From Stegostoma tigrinum (lineage: Eukaryota): a stretch of 64,000 bases of DNA. Location of the stretch: positions 27,336,226 through 27,400,225 of the forward strand of contig NC_081354.1 of assembly GCF_030684315.1 (NCBI RefSeq), written 5' to 3'. The translations under genes and the position numbers were made by a program. This document shows, piece by piece, positions 36,801 through 50,975 of the stretch (positions are counted from its first letter, which is position 1; the number at the start of each line of letters is the position of its first letter). The notes beneath the pieces were generated by a model. That model was not told where the DNA came from, ran no database searches, and was given only the letters and a program-made list of their open reading frames with translations.

Positions 36801-38249
36801 GGCACTCGTGGCTCTATTTTGTTTTTCGGAGTATGTTTTCCATCTCAAACTTTTTCCCCTTGGTGTGTTTTGACCGTCAACCTATTTCCGAGTTTCTTTT
36901 GTTAAATTGGGTGCGAAAAGCAGATGTAGTTTACTTCCAGTGAGGCCTTATGTTACAAAAGATGTGTAGGCTGATCGAGAAGCTAACTTGTCCTTCAGCA
37001 TAATTTGCGACTCACAATACCGCTTAGGTTTACAGCAGAACTCCGAGAAGTGCGTTGCAGAGCGTTTGAGTTTCTTATTTTAAACCCAAGATTGTTCGAT
37101 ATAATTCGAATAGTGCATAGCATGGAAGTAACGATGTCCGTTTTGCTGCCATTGCAATGGTGTATAGTGCTGAGTCGGATTTAATGAATATGTTGCTACA
37201 AGAGCACATGGTATTTTTAATTGTTACTTCTGCATCACTCGGCTTTTTCAATGTTGTACACTGTAAATTGCCGCCTAAAATGGTTAAAAAGTAGCTCATC
37301 AAATAAAAGATGAATAAAGGACTGAAAGATCAGTATAACATAATCTTTGTTCCTTCATTCTGTGTTAATATCATAGAATCCATACAGTGTGGAAGCAGGC
37401 CATTTGGCCCATCAAATCCACAATGACCCTCCAAAACGGTGTGACAATGGAACATGGTAACAGTTTTTTTTGTATGTGTGTTTTGGAGGGTGATAAATGA
37501 ACAGGGATTACTGACACCAAGGAGAAATCATATTTGCTCGAGTATCAGTTAATGTCATGTAAAGTCAATGTTTGACATCTGTCTGAAGTATTCATTTATT
37601 TTTCACATACTTTCTGTATAGATCAACTCCTAACCTTTAGCCAAAGAGTCCAAGATCTTTATATTTAACCATCCTGCACACACTGAAGTCAGAACTGCCC
37701 TGGTACAAATCTACTTCTGCTACAACTAAAATAGTATGTTCTTGAAGTCAGCTGTCAGCTCCTTGAGTCTAAGTAAGAGCTTAGCACACAGGATGTCATT
37801 TGTGATTGCTGAGGCATTTTCACAGCCGAGACAGTGGATTAACATGACAAGTTTGAATGTGAAGTTGTGGGAAAAATGGGCACAGTTTTGATTGGTGATT
37901 AATTTTCCAAACAGTTTTTAAAATAAAGTCTTATCAGACTGAAAATGTTAATTTTGTTTCTCTCTCCACAGATGCTGTCAGACCTGCTAAGTTTCTCCAA
38001 CATTTTGTTTTTATTTCAGATTTCTAGTATCTGCAGTACTTTGTTTTTTTATGTGAGTGTGAGATTGAACAGCTCAGTAGTTGCAGAGTACATAGTGTTA
38101 TGAATATCTAGTTTATGGTTCTTGGAATTTTCAGTTTTGGGTATTAAGGCATTTTGTGAAATGGAATTGAGGAGCATTAAAGTCTGGTATATTTGAAAGG
38201 TTGAAGTAATTTTACTTTCAGGTTACTTGTGTTTGTTTAATGGAATCAT

Positions 38250-38466
38250 CGGGGTTGGTCAGCTCAGATGGCAGGACATCATCCTGCATCACAAGTCAGT
38301 TTTCAACATGATTCAATTCTTGCACTGTCTGAAATTACTGTGAAGCACTCTGCTTCTCAACCTCTCCTCTACCCTGAGGTGTGGTGACCTCAGGTTAACT
38401 GCAGTACCAGTCATCTCTCTGAGAGAGCAGCCCTACAATCCTGTAGGACTATGGTGACTTTACCTT
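38250..38466 (+). mobile_element. tRNA-derived SINE; related copy at about 10970-11125 on the minus strand
   Basis: A/B-box-like head (agctcagatgg...ttcaattc) and tail ggactatggtgactttacctt, shared with the second copy. Confidence 0.5.
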
Positions 38467-38659
38467 CGCAAATGGAATCAGAATCTGATTGTTTTGGGAG
38501 GGTAAAGTTAAATTAACTAGAATGCATTCTGTAAGGCTGAAGCACCTGGTAGCTCAGAACAAACTACGTTTCACGGAGATGAGTGGACTTAACATATTTT
38601 AGGTTTCAGTTTACCTGGATGCTTTTTCTGGGAGAGTGCTGAAGTAACAAAGTTGCTTT

Positions 38660-39820
38660 GATATCGTGCCTCACGGGAGGCTGCTGAGCAAGGTGAGGGC
38701 CCATGGTGTTCGAGGTGAGCTCCTGGCTTGGATTGAGGATTGGCTGTCTGACACGAAGGCAGAGAGTTGGGATAAAAGGCTCTTTCGGACTGGCAACCGG
38801 TGACGAGCGGTGTTCCGCAGGGTTCAGTGTTGGGGCCGCAGCTGTTCACCTTATATATTTATGATCTGGATGAAGGGACTGGGGGCATTCTGGCAAAGTT
38901 TGCCGATGATATAAAGATAGGTGGACAGGCAGGTAGTACTGAAGAGGTGGGGAATCAGCAAAAGATTTAGACAGTTTAGGAGAGTGGTCCAGGAAATGGC
39001 TGATGAAATTCAGTGTGAGTAAATGTGAGGTTTTGCACTTTGGGGGGGAAAAAAAATACAGGCATGGACTATTCTCTAAATGGTGAGAAAGTTCGCAAAG
39101 CAGAAGTACAAAGGGATCTGGGAGTGTTGGTCCAGGATTCTCTAAAGGTTAGTTGCAAGTAGAGCCTGTAATTAAGAAAGCGAATGTAATGTCGTTTATC
39201 TCAAGAGGGTTGGAATATAAAAACAATGATGTGCTTCTGAGGCTTTATAAAGCTCTAGTCAGGCCCCATTTAGAACAGTGTCCAATTTTGGGCCCCACAC
39301 CTCAGGAAGGACATATTAGCCCTGGAGCATCTCCAGTGGAGATTCTCACGCATGATCCCTGGAATGGTAGGTTTAACGTATGATGAATGGCTAAGGATCC
39401 TGGGATTGTACTCATTAGAGTTTAGAAGGTTGAGGGGAGATCTAATAGAAACTTACAAGATAATGTATGGTTTAGAAGGGGTGTGGACGCTAGGAAGTTG
39501 TTTCCATTAGGCGGGGAGACTAGGACCCATGGGCACAGCCTTAAAATTTGAGGGGGTAAATTTAAAACTGAAATGAGACGACATTTCTTCAGCCAGAGAG
39601 TGGTGGGCTTGTGGAATTCATTGCGACGGAGTGCATCCACGGGATGTTGGATGCCTTCAAGGCAGAGATCGATAAATTCTTGATCTCAGAAGGATTCAAG
39701 GGCTACAGGGAAAGTGCAGGAAGTGGAGTTGAAATGCCCATCAGCCATGATTTAAATGGCGGAGTGGACTTGATGGGCCAAATGGCCTTACTTCCACTCC
39801 CATGTCTTATGGTCTTATGG
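38660..39820 (+). mobile_element. Relatively young CR1 LINE (RT domain to 3' end)
   Basis: [30 protein letters not shown] and FFSQRVVGLWNSL motifs; (cttatgg)2 tail. Confidence 0.9.
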
Positions 39821-41322
39821 CTTTAGGCAGCACGAGTGTAACTGTTTAGGTTCCAGGCAATTAGGGCAGGAGAAGTCTGTGGAAGTTATTGTGAGAGTGG
39901 GGCCAAGGACACCACAAGCACTATTTGCTTCATTGCAGCTGAGAGAACCCGGGGATATTGTTAGCTTAGTGAAGCTATCTATCTAGGAAAGAGCTAGAAC
40001 TGATGCTGTAATGCAATCTCAAGATATTCAGTAGAAGAGTTTGAACGACCTAGGTGTGTGCGGTTGGTGAAGCGCTCTGTGATAGAATGGCTTTTTGAGG
40101 GAGATGTAAAGCCAGAATTTTGAAGGTGAAGAATTGGAATCTTTTGTAAATGAGATAATATTTTAATGAGATTTGGTGACTCTGCCACAGATGTTTACTG
40201 GTTGCTCAGAAATGTGTGGAATCTGTCTTGACCACACTTACAATTAGATGCGCTTTGACAAGCGTCTGACTGCCTTTATTTACTTCATGTTAGTTCTGGA
40301 TGTTAAGTATATATATTGCATATATTGTGTGTTGTGTAACCATTTTAACTTTAAATCATGAAGTTTATTTAGTTTGTTCAAAAAATGATGAACCCTTCTG
40401 GCTTTATTGTCTTCCTCCATGTCTAGAATCTCAAATTTTGCCTACTTTTTAGAAAACAGTTATTGGCCTTTAGCAGTTCATAAAATAAATTTGGCAGATT
40501 CCTCCAGGATCACAACAATAGTGAATGGAGCCTGGCTAGTTAAGCATTTTAAAGAGCAGTTGTAAGTGACTTGGGGTAAGCTATTTCCAAAGACAGACGG
40601 AAAAACAGTAGATGAAAGGCAGTTGAGTGGTAAAACCACAGAGTTGATCAGAAATGGCCTTCTTTAACAAGCAAATGTATTTTACATTGTCACTTGAGCA
40701 GTTGAGAGTGGGAATGCATTCTGATTTACAATGGCTACTTAAGTAACAAAAGTAATTAGTGTATGGAGAAGTTGAAATAAAAATGGTATTATAAACAGTT
40801 TATCAAAATTATTTTGTGGAACAACAATTTTTTTGTACCATCTGAGTCTGAGATTTGAATGGTTTCACTAGTTTTGTGGTGATTTGTTGCCAATAAAGGA
40901 GCTGCTTTAATTTGTTGGTATTATTGGAAACCAGCGTAGAGCATCTTCAAAATAAGAAATATCTATTTTGCTGTATGGTTGTGACGGTAAATTTTAGTTA
41001 CACCATCCCTTTTTCCTAATAAAAAGCATTTTTGCAGTTGGGAATGAAAGTATTAAGTGTGAAAATTATTAGGATAATTGGTTGACATTCCAAGCACTGT
41101 ATCCTTTTACATCTATGTTTGAGTTCATATCCAACCCACCATCTGTACTCTGTTTCATTGAGGTGCAGTAACTGAGATAGAACTTCCAATGAAATGCAGA
41201 ATTGACTTGTAGATAGGTCTGGATGGTTTTGACTTGGAAGGGTCTTAAAACTGAAAGCAGGTTAGCTGTTCAGCTATGAATCACATTTAGTGAGAATATC
41301 TTTTTGTTTTCCTCACCAGAAT

Positions 41323-41467
41323 ATGATTAGTTTAATTTGGAATTACCTGTACAGCACTCTTCTGAGGTCCTGGATGAAGTGGATTTTAAGAAAGATTACT
41401 GGAAGATGTGAACTACAACGTATTTGTGCCAATACTGTTCAAGGAGCAGAGCGAACAATGAAGATAG
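41323..41467 (+). CDS. ELMOD2: ELMOD2 coding exon 1 (start codon)
   Basis: MISLIWNYLYSTLLRSWMKWILRKITGRCELQRI...ERTMKI matches the ELMOD2 N-terminus; acceptor cag at 41317-41319, donor G|GTGAG. Confidence 0.95.
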
Positions 41468-42533
41468 GTGAGCAGTGGGGAAAGCTATTCCTGAATTATA
41501 AGTAGAGTATTAACTACTGCAATTAAAGCACACTTTTTTTATTGTATTATGGCCTCAGTGTTCCATGCTTAGGCTTGGCATTCAGGAACATTCATTTGCC
41601 TCATCCTTATATTATCCAAACCTATTTATTTTGGAAAAACCCTATAATATTTCCTCTTTGATTCTATGACTGTATAAAAACTTACAGCACAGAAACAGAC
41701 CCTTTGGTCCAACCTCTTCTATGCTGACCAAGTTTCCAAAACTAAACTAGTCCCATTTGCCTACATTTGGTCCATATCCCTCTAAACCTTTTCTATTAAT
41801 GTACTTGTCAAAATGTCTTTTAAATATTGTAACTGTACCTGTATCTATGACTTTCTTTGGTAATTCATTCTACGTATGAACCAACCTCTGTGAAGAGGTC
41901 CCTTTTTAAATCTTTCATCTCTTATCTTAAAAATATGCCCTCTAGTTTTAAAATCTCCTATCCAAGGAAAATTCCCCAGATCATTCTCTAATCTTGTAAT
42001 CTTAGTGCAATTTTTTCTGTACATCTTTTAAAATTGTGGATTCCAGGACTGCAAGTTGTATGCTAAGTTTAATTTGACTAGAGTATATGTATGATTATTA
42101 GAGCTGTAAGAATATTTTCACTTCATTTTGTGCACACTTAAGATCTTTTGATGGAACCTTACATTAACATTTCTCATTAGCTACTCCACAACCTTGTTGT
42201 TACTAATTGTAGAATTTTGTCTAGTATGAATTCAAGATTGGTCCACAGTTTCTTCATCTAGATCCTTTTCAATAATGCATAGAACTATATTTATGGTTAA
42301 TATTGTTAAAAGATAACTTGCAGATGAAAAATATTTTAATCTTTTAAAACAATTATTACATTTATAAACATTTATAACAATTAGAACAGTTGTTAACTTG
42401 TGCAAGTTTTGTATCCATCTTAGTATACTTGTTTGCCATCCATACTTGATTTAAGCATATTTCCTGAAAATCTTTTCTAATGTACTGAAAATTATTTAAG
42501 CTAAAAGCTAAAATTTTCATTTCTTTCAAATAG

Positions 42534-42562
42534 AATATTCTTTGAAATCATCCAGAAACGAA
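42534..42562 (+). CDS. ELMOD2: ELMOD2 coding exon 2 (29 nt)
   Basis: tag|AATATTC...GAA|gtaagt; EYSLKSSRNE; phases are compatible with both neighbouring exons. Confidence 0.9.
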
Positions 42563-43089
42563 GTAAGTGAGATTCACTTTTTTGTCTTCTTCTGCTTGAT
42601 AAATTAAGTCAATATTATTCTTGGTTATCGAGGTACTGGGCCTGACCCACAAGAACATTGATTTTTCCCTTTTATAGTTGTATGGTCTACTAAGAATTTT
42701 CTCATGTTCTAGCTCCCCTGTTTCATTCCACCATATGTCTCCGTTCAATGTCAGAAGCTAAACTTGGTGAAATTTGTCCTTCACACTGGAATGTGGTAAC
42801 TGAAATACTGCTAGTAAGGTGTGATCTGAGCTTCAGCTGCTGTGCGAGAAGTACGCATTCAGCATGAAGACAATTGTACTTCGTTAAAGAAATCCACTTA
42901 AAGATCTACATAACTGTATGATACTGAGGAGATCAATCTGCAAGTTATTTAGCCTGAAGTGGGATATTCGTGGAAGAAGCAAGAAACCAATGATAGAGAA
43001 GAAGTAAAACTCTAAGTAATCCAGTACAATAAAATGGTGTAGATACTGCTTCAATCAGTGTAAGCATTTTATAAGTATATTAAGAGCAA

Positions 43090-45490
43090 AAGGATATTTG
43101 GAGAAAGAGGGTGTAGGTAAGATCTTAAATCAATGTTTTTCATCTGTATTCACAAAGGAGAAAGATACTGTAGCTGGAGATTTTGGTTGGGTTGGTGAGG
43201 TTCTAGAAATGTAAAGATTAATAAGGAGGAACTGTTAGATATTTTATCAGACATACTAGTGCAAAAATCCTTAGGCATGATGAGATGTATCCCAGGCTGG
43301 GAATTGCCCAGCCCCTGATGGAGATATTTAATACTTCACTGATTTACTGGTGAAGTGCCAGATGACTGGAAGATTGGCAATGTGGTTCCTTTGCTCAAGA
43401 AGAGCAGCGAAGATAGGCCAAGTAATTAGACCAGTTACAAAAACAAAGTTGCTGGAAAAGCTCAGCAGGTCTGGCAGCATCTGTGGAGGAGAAAAATGAG
43501 TTAACATTTCGGGTCCGGTGACCCTTCCTCTGGGAAAACATCAGTTTATATGCAGAAAGTAGGGAGTTGGATGGGGTAGGGAGTAAATGATAGGATAGAG
43601 CCCAAAGAGAGAGAAAGAGAGTCGGACAAACAAAGGAGTTGCTAACGATCAGGCTGGGAGGGTGAATAGTTGTTATTGGGGACTGTTAGTGACTATCAAC
43701 AGGGAGTCTGTAGTCGCAGGCTATGTGGTAACAAGGCCTGGTGTGTGGGGTGAGGCGCTGGGACATGGGAGAGTTTCGGCCCTAAAATTATTGAACTCAA
43801 TATTGAGTTTGGAGGGCTGTAGGGCCCCCAAGTGGAAAATGAGGTGTTGTTCCTCCAGTTTGCATTGGGCTTCACTGGAACACCATAACAAGCTGGAGAC
43901 AGATGTTGGCCAGAGAGCAGGGTGGTGCATTGAAGTGACAGGTAGTTTGAGGTCTTTTTTGTGAGCAGAATGTAGATGTTTTGAGAAGTGGCTGCCAAAT
44001 CTACACTTCCTCTCCCCAATGTAGAGGAGAATTAGACCAGTTAGCCTTATGTCATTAGTAGGGAAATTATTGAAAAAAAACTTGAGGCTCAGGATTAATC
44101 AATCCTTGGAAAGGCAGGAATTGATGTGGGATAGTCAGCATGGATTCATTAGAGGGTGATCACAGGTCATAAAATCCCTACAGTGTGAAAGCGGGCCCTT
44201 TGGCCCAACAGGTCCACACCGACCCTCAGAGCATCCCACCCAGACCATCCCCCTATAACCTGCTAATTTACACATGGGCAATTCTTGTCTAACTAATTTA
44301 GTTGAGTTCTTTTTGAAAAGGAACTAAACATGAGGTTAGGCAGTTGATTTGGTTTACATGGGTTTCAATAAGGCTTTGACAAGGTTGCAAGTGTAAGGCT
44401 GCTTCAAAAGCTAATGGCTTGTGGCATCCAAGGCAAGTTGACCAACTGGATGCAAAATTGCCATTTGAAATAGGCTACAAAGGGTGATGGTGCAGGATTG
44501 TTTTTGTAATAGGAAGCTTGTGACCTGTGGTTCTGGGACCCTTGCTGTTTATGTACATTAATGACTTGGATGTAAACATTGAATGTATAACTAGTAGGTT
44601 TGCAGATGATACAAAAGTTGGTGGTGTTGATGGTGAGGAGAATGGTCTCTGGATATAGTCTGATATTGATCAGCTGGTAAATTTCACAGGGCAGTGGTAG
44701 ATGAAATTTAATCTGATAAATGTAAGGTGATGCATTTTAGAAGGCCACATAAGGGTCAGATGTACACAATAAATCACAGGTCCCTAGGGAGTACTGAAGA
44801 ACGCAGGGACCATAGTGTATAAGTCCATAGATCCCTGAAGGTCTCTGCAAAGATACAGTATAGTGAAGAAGGCAAACAGGATGCTCACCTTCATTAGCTG
44901 GGGCATGAAATAGAGGAGCAGGGAAGGCTTGTTACAACTTCTTAGAACAGTGAGTAGGACAGATGGAATACTGTGTACATTTCTGGTCACCACACTATTG
45001 GAAGGATGTGATTGCACTGGAGTGGGTACAGAAGGGCTGTTGCCTGAGGTGGAAAGTCTCAGTTATGAAGAGAGCATGAATAGGCTGAGTTTTCCTCCTG
45101 GAGCAGAGGAGGCTGCAGAGGTATCTGGTCGAGATAAATTAAATTACAGCATGGACGAGGTAAATCATGAGAATCTTTTCCCTGTGGCAGATGTGCCTAA
45201 AACTAGAAGGCATAAGTTTAAGGTAAAGAGCAAATGGTTTAGAGGAGATCTGAGGAAATGTTTTTTCCACTCAGAGGGTGGTAGAAATATGGAAAGCACT
45301 GCCTGAGAGGGCAGCGAAGACAAGTACTCCCATAACATTGAAGATGCATCTGGATGAGCAGTTAAAATGCCTGGATAAAGTAAGCTATGGACTAAGGTGC
45401 AGGGAAAGTGGGATTAATGTGGTTTGGTGTTTGTTTGTTGGCAGACATGCTGGGCCAAAAGGGCCTGTTTCTATGCTGTATGATTCTAGT
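43090..45490 (+). mobile_element. Degenerate CR1 LINE interrupted by a PLE fragment and a SINE tail
   Basis: Motifs VPDDW..NVVPL, SQHGF, KFADDTK-like and TRRHKFKV; 3' end gggccaaaagggcctgtttctatgctgtatg. Confidence 0.8.
43438..44029 (-). mobile_element. Second PLE family, 3' fragment (GIY-YIG C-terminus plus pseudo-LTR)
   Basis: 14-bp TSD aattagaccagtta (43424-43437, 44030-44043); LYIGE...EAQCKLEEQHLIFHLGALQP...NIEFNNFR. Confidence 0.85.
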
Positions 45491-46680
45491 GGGAGGGATA
45501 GGGGCGAAGAAAATTGGCTTAATCTCTGGAGTACTGGATCCCATGTGTTATACTGTGATTTAAAAAAAAACGGGTTTTAAAGTTGAGACAAATGTGATTT
45601 TTGATTTTACTTCTGTAGAGGTGATTTGTTTTAGGAGGTCAAAGTCATTTTTGAGTAGTTAAGTTACCTGTAGAGTTAGTCAATGAATTTTTTGCAAAGT
45701 TAAACTTTAGTGACATACAAAAAGGCAGATGAGGACCACAACCAGATTTAAATTGAGAGGAACCATTTCATACCAGCAGAAGGGCATTTTAGTCAGTGGC
45801 TGTCAAAGCAAACCTTAAAACTGTTTTAGCAGGTTAAATATACAGCATTGTTCTTAAATTTTAATTTAGAAAAGTAAGTGAAATAGCTACTGTCTGTATA
45901 TCTTTGGATGAGACTGTACAGGGATAATCACATCTGAATGTGTAGGAAGTCACCATAGGGAATGCTTGCAACTTAGTTAAGAAATTATAGTTAAGAGTAA
46001 AATTCAGTGAGTGTTTGTCAAGGATATTGCTGGGAAAAGGGTCAATTCTTTTGCTGTTTACTATAAGATCTTTCAAAATTTATTTGCTATATTTTGTGCA
46101 ATAAACTGTTCTTTACTACGTGAATATGTTCAGTGACTGAACACCACTGCAACGAAACTGTAAAATTAAAACTTACTCTGACAAATCATGTTTTACTCTG
46201 TGACCTGACTTGTCCAGTTTTACCCTCCTTTAGGATCACAATGGTAAAGTTCATTGTTATACAATAAATAACGTGGCGGCGGGGGGGCGCGGGGAGAGGA
46301 GGAGTTGTTTCTCAACAATATATGTAATTCTAATTCCTTAGAAACATTTGGCACCCTAGACACTAGTATTCCTGATGTAGGACAGTGTTTAATCATAAGT
46401 AAGATGAAGCAGGGAGCAACATACTTGAGTAAATTTTACTTTGCAGGTTTATACTTGCTGGTACTTCTGCCCTGTGGGGAATGTCATTCTGCTGGGTTAT
46501 ACAATTGCCACTTTGTCAGAGAAATGAACAACTGAAAAGGAGAAGAGATGTAGTAGCACATTTTAATTTGCACCAACATTGACATTAAACATTCTGAATG
46601 CTTATTTCCCAAAGGCATTAACAATGTTTAATAGTTTAGTGCTAACTAATATTTGTTTCCACAAATTGATTCTCATTTAG

Positions 46681-46778
46681 GCTTTAAAGACATCAGTGGC
46701 TGGCAGTGTGGAAGATGTGGAGAACAGAGTTCGGGATATTATGGTGATAAAAAAGATTTCCATTCAGAAAAATCCACA
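46681..46778 (+). CDS. ELMOD2: ELMOD2 coding exon 3 (98 nt)
   Basis: ttag|GCT...CCACA|gtaag; ALKTSVAGSVEDVENRVRDIMVIKKISIQKNP aligns to ELMOD2 VDDIMKEKNINPEKD. Confidence 0.88.
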
Positions 46779-47575
46779 GTAAGCTTTGAATTGTATTCAT
46801 AAATCAGCATGAATTTTTTAAAAAATTTTATTGTCCCTTTTAAATTTTTCAATGTTTCTACTGGAGCTTTGAACGTGTGAATGCTCAAAAATTGTTAGGC
46901 AGGTGCTGGAAATCTTGAAATATAAAGGAAAATGCCAGAAGTACTCAAATCAGGCAGCATTTGTGGAGAGAAAACGTTAATGTTTCAGAATAGTGACCTT
47001 TTGAGTAAAACATTAACACTGTTTCTCTCCTCGCTGATACTGCCTCACCTGCTGACCTTTCCAACAATTTCTTCATATTTAGTAAACAGTATCCATGTGC
47101 ATATTTTACATGACTGAGATTTAGAAGTGGGAATATTGTTGCGCCTTTAGCTCCTCTTAATTGCTGCATTATATTGCCCTCATTATAGATAACTAACTTA
47201 TCACAAAGCAGGGATGGAAGCATGTAGCTTAGGAACAAACCACTTGCACTTACTCTGAAATCGTTATTGCATTCTTCTCTCTATTTTCCTCCTCTTTTTC
47301 TAAAATTAGTTATTTTAGAGTATGATCCCATGGTTGCTGTCCACATCTTACCCAAGGGACTGTTCATTAAGTGAACGTAGATTATAACTGAAAGTAGATC
47401 ATTTGGTCACGAGAACATTACAAAGCAGATTATCTGACCTCCTAATGCCACATGTGTTACTGGGTAACAATGAAAATTTGTCCAATCTCCTTTCTCTACA
47501 GGTAACAAGACCAGTTGTAGTATACCTGTCATTTCCCCAGACCTAAAATTTTGCTATGTCAGCATGAAGCCTGAA

Positions 47576-48401
47576 TCTCTTGTAAAAGCTAGTTAGGTTA
47601 ACAACTCAGCATAGTTAATGCATACTCCAAGCAGCTATGTACCATGACACTTTCTCCTCCCCCATCATACCCTACAGGCAGGATGATCCCCAAGAGCTGG
47701 TGCTCTTTGGTCTCCAAACACCTAACAATGAAGACAGTTCCCAGATGACACAGTAACCATTATGTTTAGCTGCATTATTTTAATGCAAGAGTAAAGTTAA
47801 AGGCTGGTTGACTACATCAGAGCTCATTAACCAGCTATTGTGCAGTTATCACACTAATCTTTAATTCATATTTAAATGAGGCTGTATTTGATACTGAAAA
47901 TTTGATCCTTGACCTTTCTTACGAAACCAGTTTTGAAGAAAACCTTATTCTGAACAAACTTTGGCATTCTTAAGTCAGAAATAGCAAAAGCCCTGATTCC
48001 TTTTAACTATGTAAAACTTGAACTAAGTTGCTTTCTGAAAAGTTTTGCCACCAATTCAACTTCAGATGTTTTAATACCAGTGCTTGGCCATACTGCCTCA
48101 TTTTAAATATGAATTAAAGATTAGTGCAATAACTGCACAGTAGCTGGTTAATGAGCTCTGATGTAGTCAACCAGACTTAACTTTACTCCTGCATTAAAAT
48201 AATGCAGCTAAACATAATGGTTACTGTGCCATCTGGGAACTGTCTTCATTGTTAGGTGTTTGGAGACCAAAGAGCACCAGCTCTTGGGGATCATCCTGCC
48301 TGTAGGGTATGATGGGGGAGGAGAATGTGTCATGGTACATAGCTGCTTGGAGTATGCATTAACTATGCTGAGTTGTTAACCTAACTAGCTTTTACAAGAG
48401 A
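47576..48401. repeat. Long inverted repeat with about 312-bp arms and a 200-bp spacer in an ELMOD2 intron
   Basis: 47576-47887 is the reverse complement of 48090-48401, with roughly ten differences by eye. Confidence 0.92.
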
Positions 48402-48824
48402 CTCTCAGATTTATTCACAGCAATACGATTGTAGGATGAGTCATTATGAAATTATAGGTCTTATTAGTTCAACATATGTTGTGGAAAAGTGACTAGAACC
48501 TGTAATTAGGGGCAGAGTGATCAAGCAGATAGGCAAGTATGGCTCTATTTCATTAGTACAATGTAGACCTATAAAGGGAAAGCCCTGAGTAACAAAAGTA
48601 GTTGCACTTTTTTCTTTTGAGTATAAAATGGCAGATGAGGGAAAATCTGTGTATGTTGCTTGTATGAATTTTCAGAATCCATTTGGAAATATTTCACAAC
48701 AGAAACTTAAGAGTTAAGAATGTTTGCTATAAAAGTTAACCATTTGACATAAGGCATTATGTATAAAGTAATATGCAAAGAATAAGGTTAGTAGGTTTGT
48801 ACTCATATATTGGCAAGGTATTTT

Positions 48825-50975
48825 TATTCATTCAGGGCATGTGGGCTTTGCTTGCTTGGTCAGCATTTATGGCTCATCCCTAATTGAGATGTTGGTGATG
48901 AGCCTGTCTTCTTGAACCATTGTAATCTGCTTTGGTTAAGTATGCCCACAGTCCTGTTAAGGAGAGAACTCCAGAATTTTGGCACTGTGACAGTGAACGA
49001 ATGGAAGTATATTTCCAAGACCATGTGGTGATTGCCTTGGATGGGAGCTTGAAGGTTGTGGGGTTCCTGTTAATCTGCTGTTCTTGTTCTGCTAGACGTT
49101 AATGATAATGGGTTTGCAAGTGCTGTCAGAGGAGCCTTTCTGCAATGAATGTTATAGATGGTACATAGTGCTGCTGCTATGCATCATTGTCAGAGTGATT
49201 GGCACCACATGCATAAGCAATCAAGCAGGCTGCTTTGTTCTGAATGGTAGACAAAAAGCTGAAAGAACTATATAGATGCTCAATCTGAAACAAAAACAGA
49301 AATTGCTGGAGAATCCCAGGAGTTAACCTCTTTCCCCCAAGCTTTCCCCACCCCCACATACCACCAGATCTTGTCATCACATGGGCTGCCACCACACAGT
49401 ACCCATTGTCAGCCACTCATAGCCCCATTAGCAGCTTTTCATTCCCCAGACTGACCTTTAACCATTTCTCTGTCTGTCCAACTGTTTTTCTCTCTTTTGG
49501 GTTCCATATCCATCTATCTTATTCTTCAGCCAAGACTCCTTACCATCTTCTGTAACAAAACCCATCCTTTTCCTTGCTACCATCAGTTCTGAAGTAGTGT
49601 CACTGGACCTGAATTGTTAACTCTGGTTTCTGACCACAGAGGTTGCCAGACATGCTGATGTTTTCAAGCAGTTTTTGTTTTTGTTTTTGTTCTGAATTGT
49701 CAAGTTTCTTAAATGTTGATAGCACTGCTCTCATCCTGACTTGTGCCTTACAGATAGTGCACAGCCTTTGGGGAATCAGGGGTGAGGTATTTGCAGGATT
49801 CCTAGACTCTGACCTGCTCTCCAGGCCACAGTTTTAATATGTTGAGTTCAATTTAGATTTCAGTCAATGGTAATAACCCTCAGAATATTCGTACTCAGAA
49901 ATTCAGAAATGGTAATACCATTGAATGTCGAAGGGTGATGGTTTGATTCTTTCTTGGTGGTGGTCATTGCTTGGCACTTTGCCACTTGCATATTGTCCAG
50001 GCTTGCTGCTTTTGGACATGCACTGCTTCAGTATGAGAAGTCCTGAATGATACTAAACATTGTGGCATCAGTGAACATCCCCACTTCTAACCTTACAAAA
50101 GATAATTGATGAAACAGGTGAATGTGTTTGGGCTAAGGGCATACCCTAAGGAATTCCAATGGAGATATTCTGGAAATGAATGACCTCCAACCATCATCTT
50201 TTGTGCTAGATATGACTTCAGCCAGTAGAGTCCCGTGATTCCCATTGATTCGACCATTGGGGCTTTTTGATGCCATGCTTGATCACGAGCTGGCAGAGGA
50301 AGTGGTGGAATGTGGTACAATTAAAACATTTAAAAGGCATCTGGATGAGCTTAGAGGGATGCTGGCAAATGGGACTAGATTAATTTAGGATATCTGATCA
50401 GCATGGACAAGTTGGACCAAAAGGCCTGTTTCCATGCTGTACAGCTCTATGACTCTATGACATGCAGCCTTGATGTTAAGGGCAGTCATTCTCACTTCCT
50501 CTGTGGAGTTCAGCTCTTTTTTTTTTGTCCATGTTTGAACTAACGATGGTATGAGGTCATGAGTTGAGTAACCCTTGTAGAATGCAAACTGAGCATCAGT
50601 GAGCAGGTTTTGGATTAGCAAGTGCTGCTTCATAGCACTATTATAATCCCTTCCATCCATTGACAGATGAGTAAAAGTATATAGGTGCTGTAAGGCTTAA
50701 TTTGCCTTGCCTTTTGCATAGAGGACATATCTGGGCAATTTTACATATTGACCGCTAGACGCCAGTATCATAGCTGTACTAGAATAGTTTGTCTAGGGCT
50801 GTGGCAAGCTCTGGATCACAGGTTTTCAGTACTATTGTTCAAAGGTGTCAGGGCCCATAACCCTTGTTGCATCCACCAACTTAAACTATTTCTTGATATC
50901 AGAGTGAATCGAATTAGTTAAAGACTCGCACCCTTGACACTGGGGACCTCCCAAATCAAAATGGACCATCCACTC
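48825..50975 (-). mobile_element. Degenerate L2-like LINE with nested PLE (49246-49685) and CR1-tail insertions
   Basis: Minus-strand peptides NLLTDAQFAFYKGYSTHDLI, VRMTALNIKAA and WLKSYLAQK; the nested PLE is flanked by tttgttctgaat (49234-49245, 49686-49697). Confidence 0.65.

Noticed and set aside
35941-36943. Several overlapping ORFs of 80-165 aa in the CpG island
   Set aside because: No recognisable domains; long ORFs are expected by chance in GC-rich promoter DNA.
38531-40517. Possible solo LTR (TGT...ACA) interrupted by CR1; similar segment at about 45555-46240
   Set aside because: Termini are suggestive but there is no matching TSD or internal coding sequence, so it is not supportable from sequence alone.
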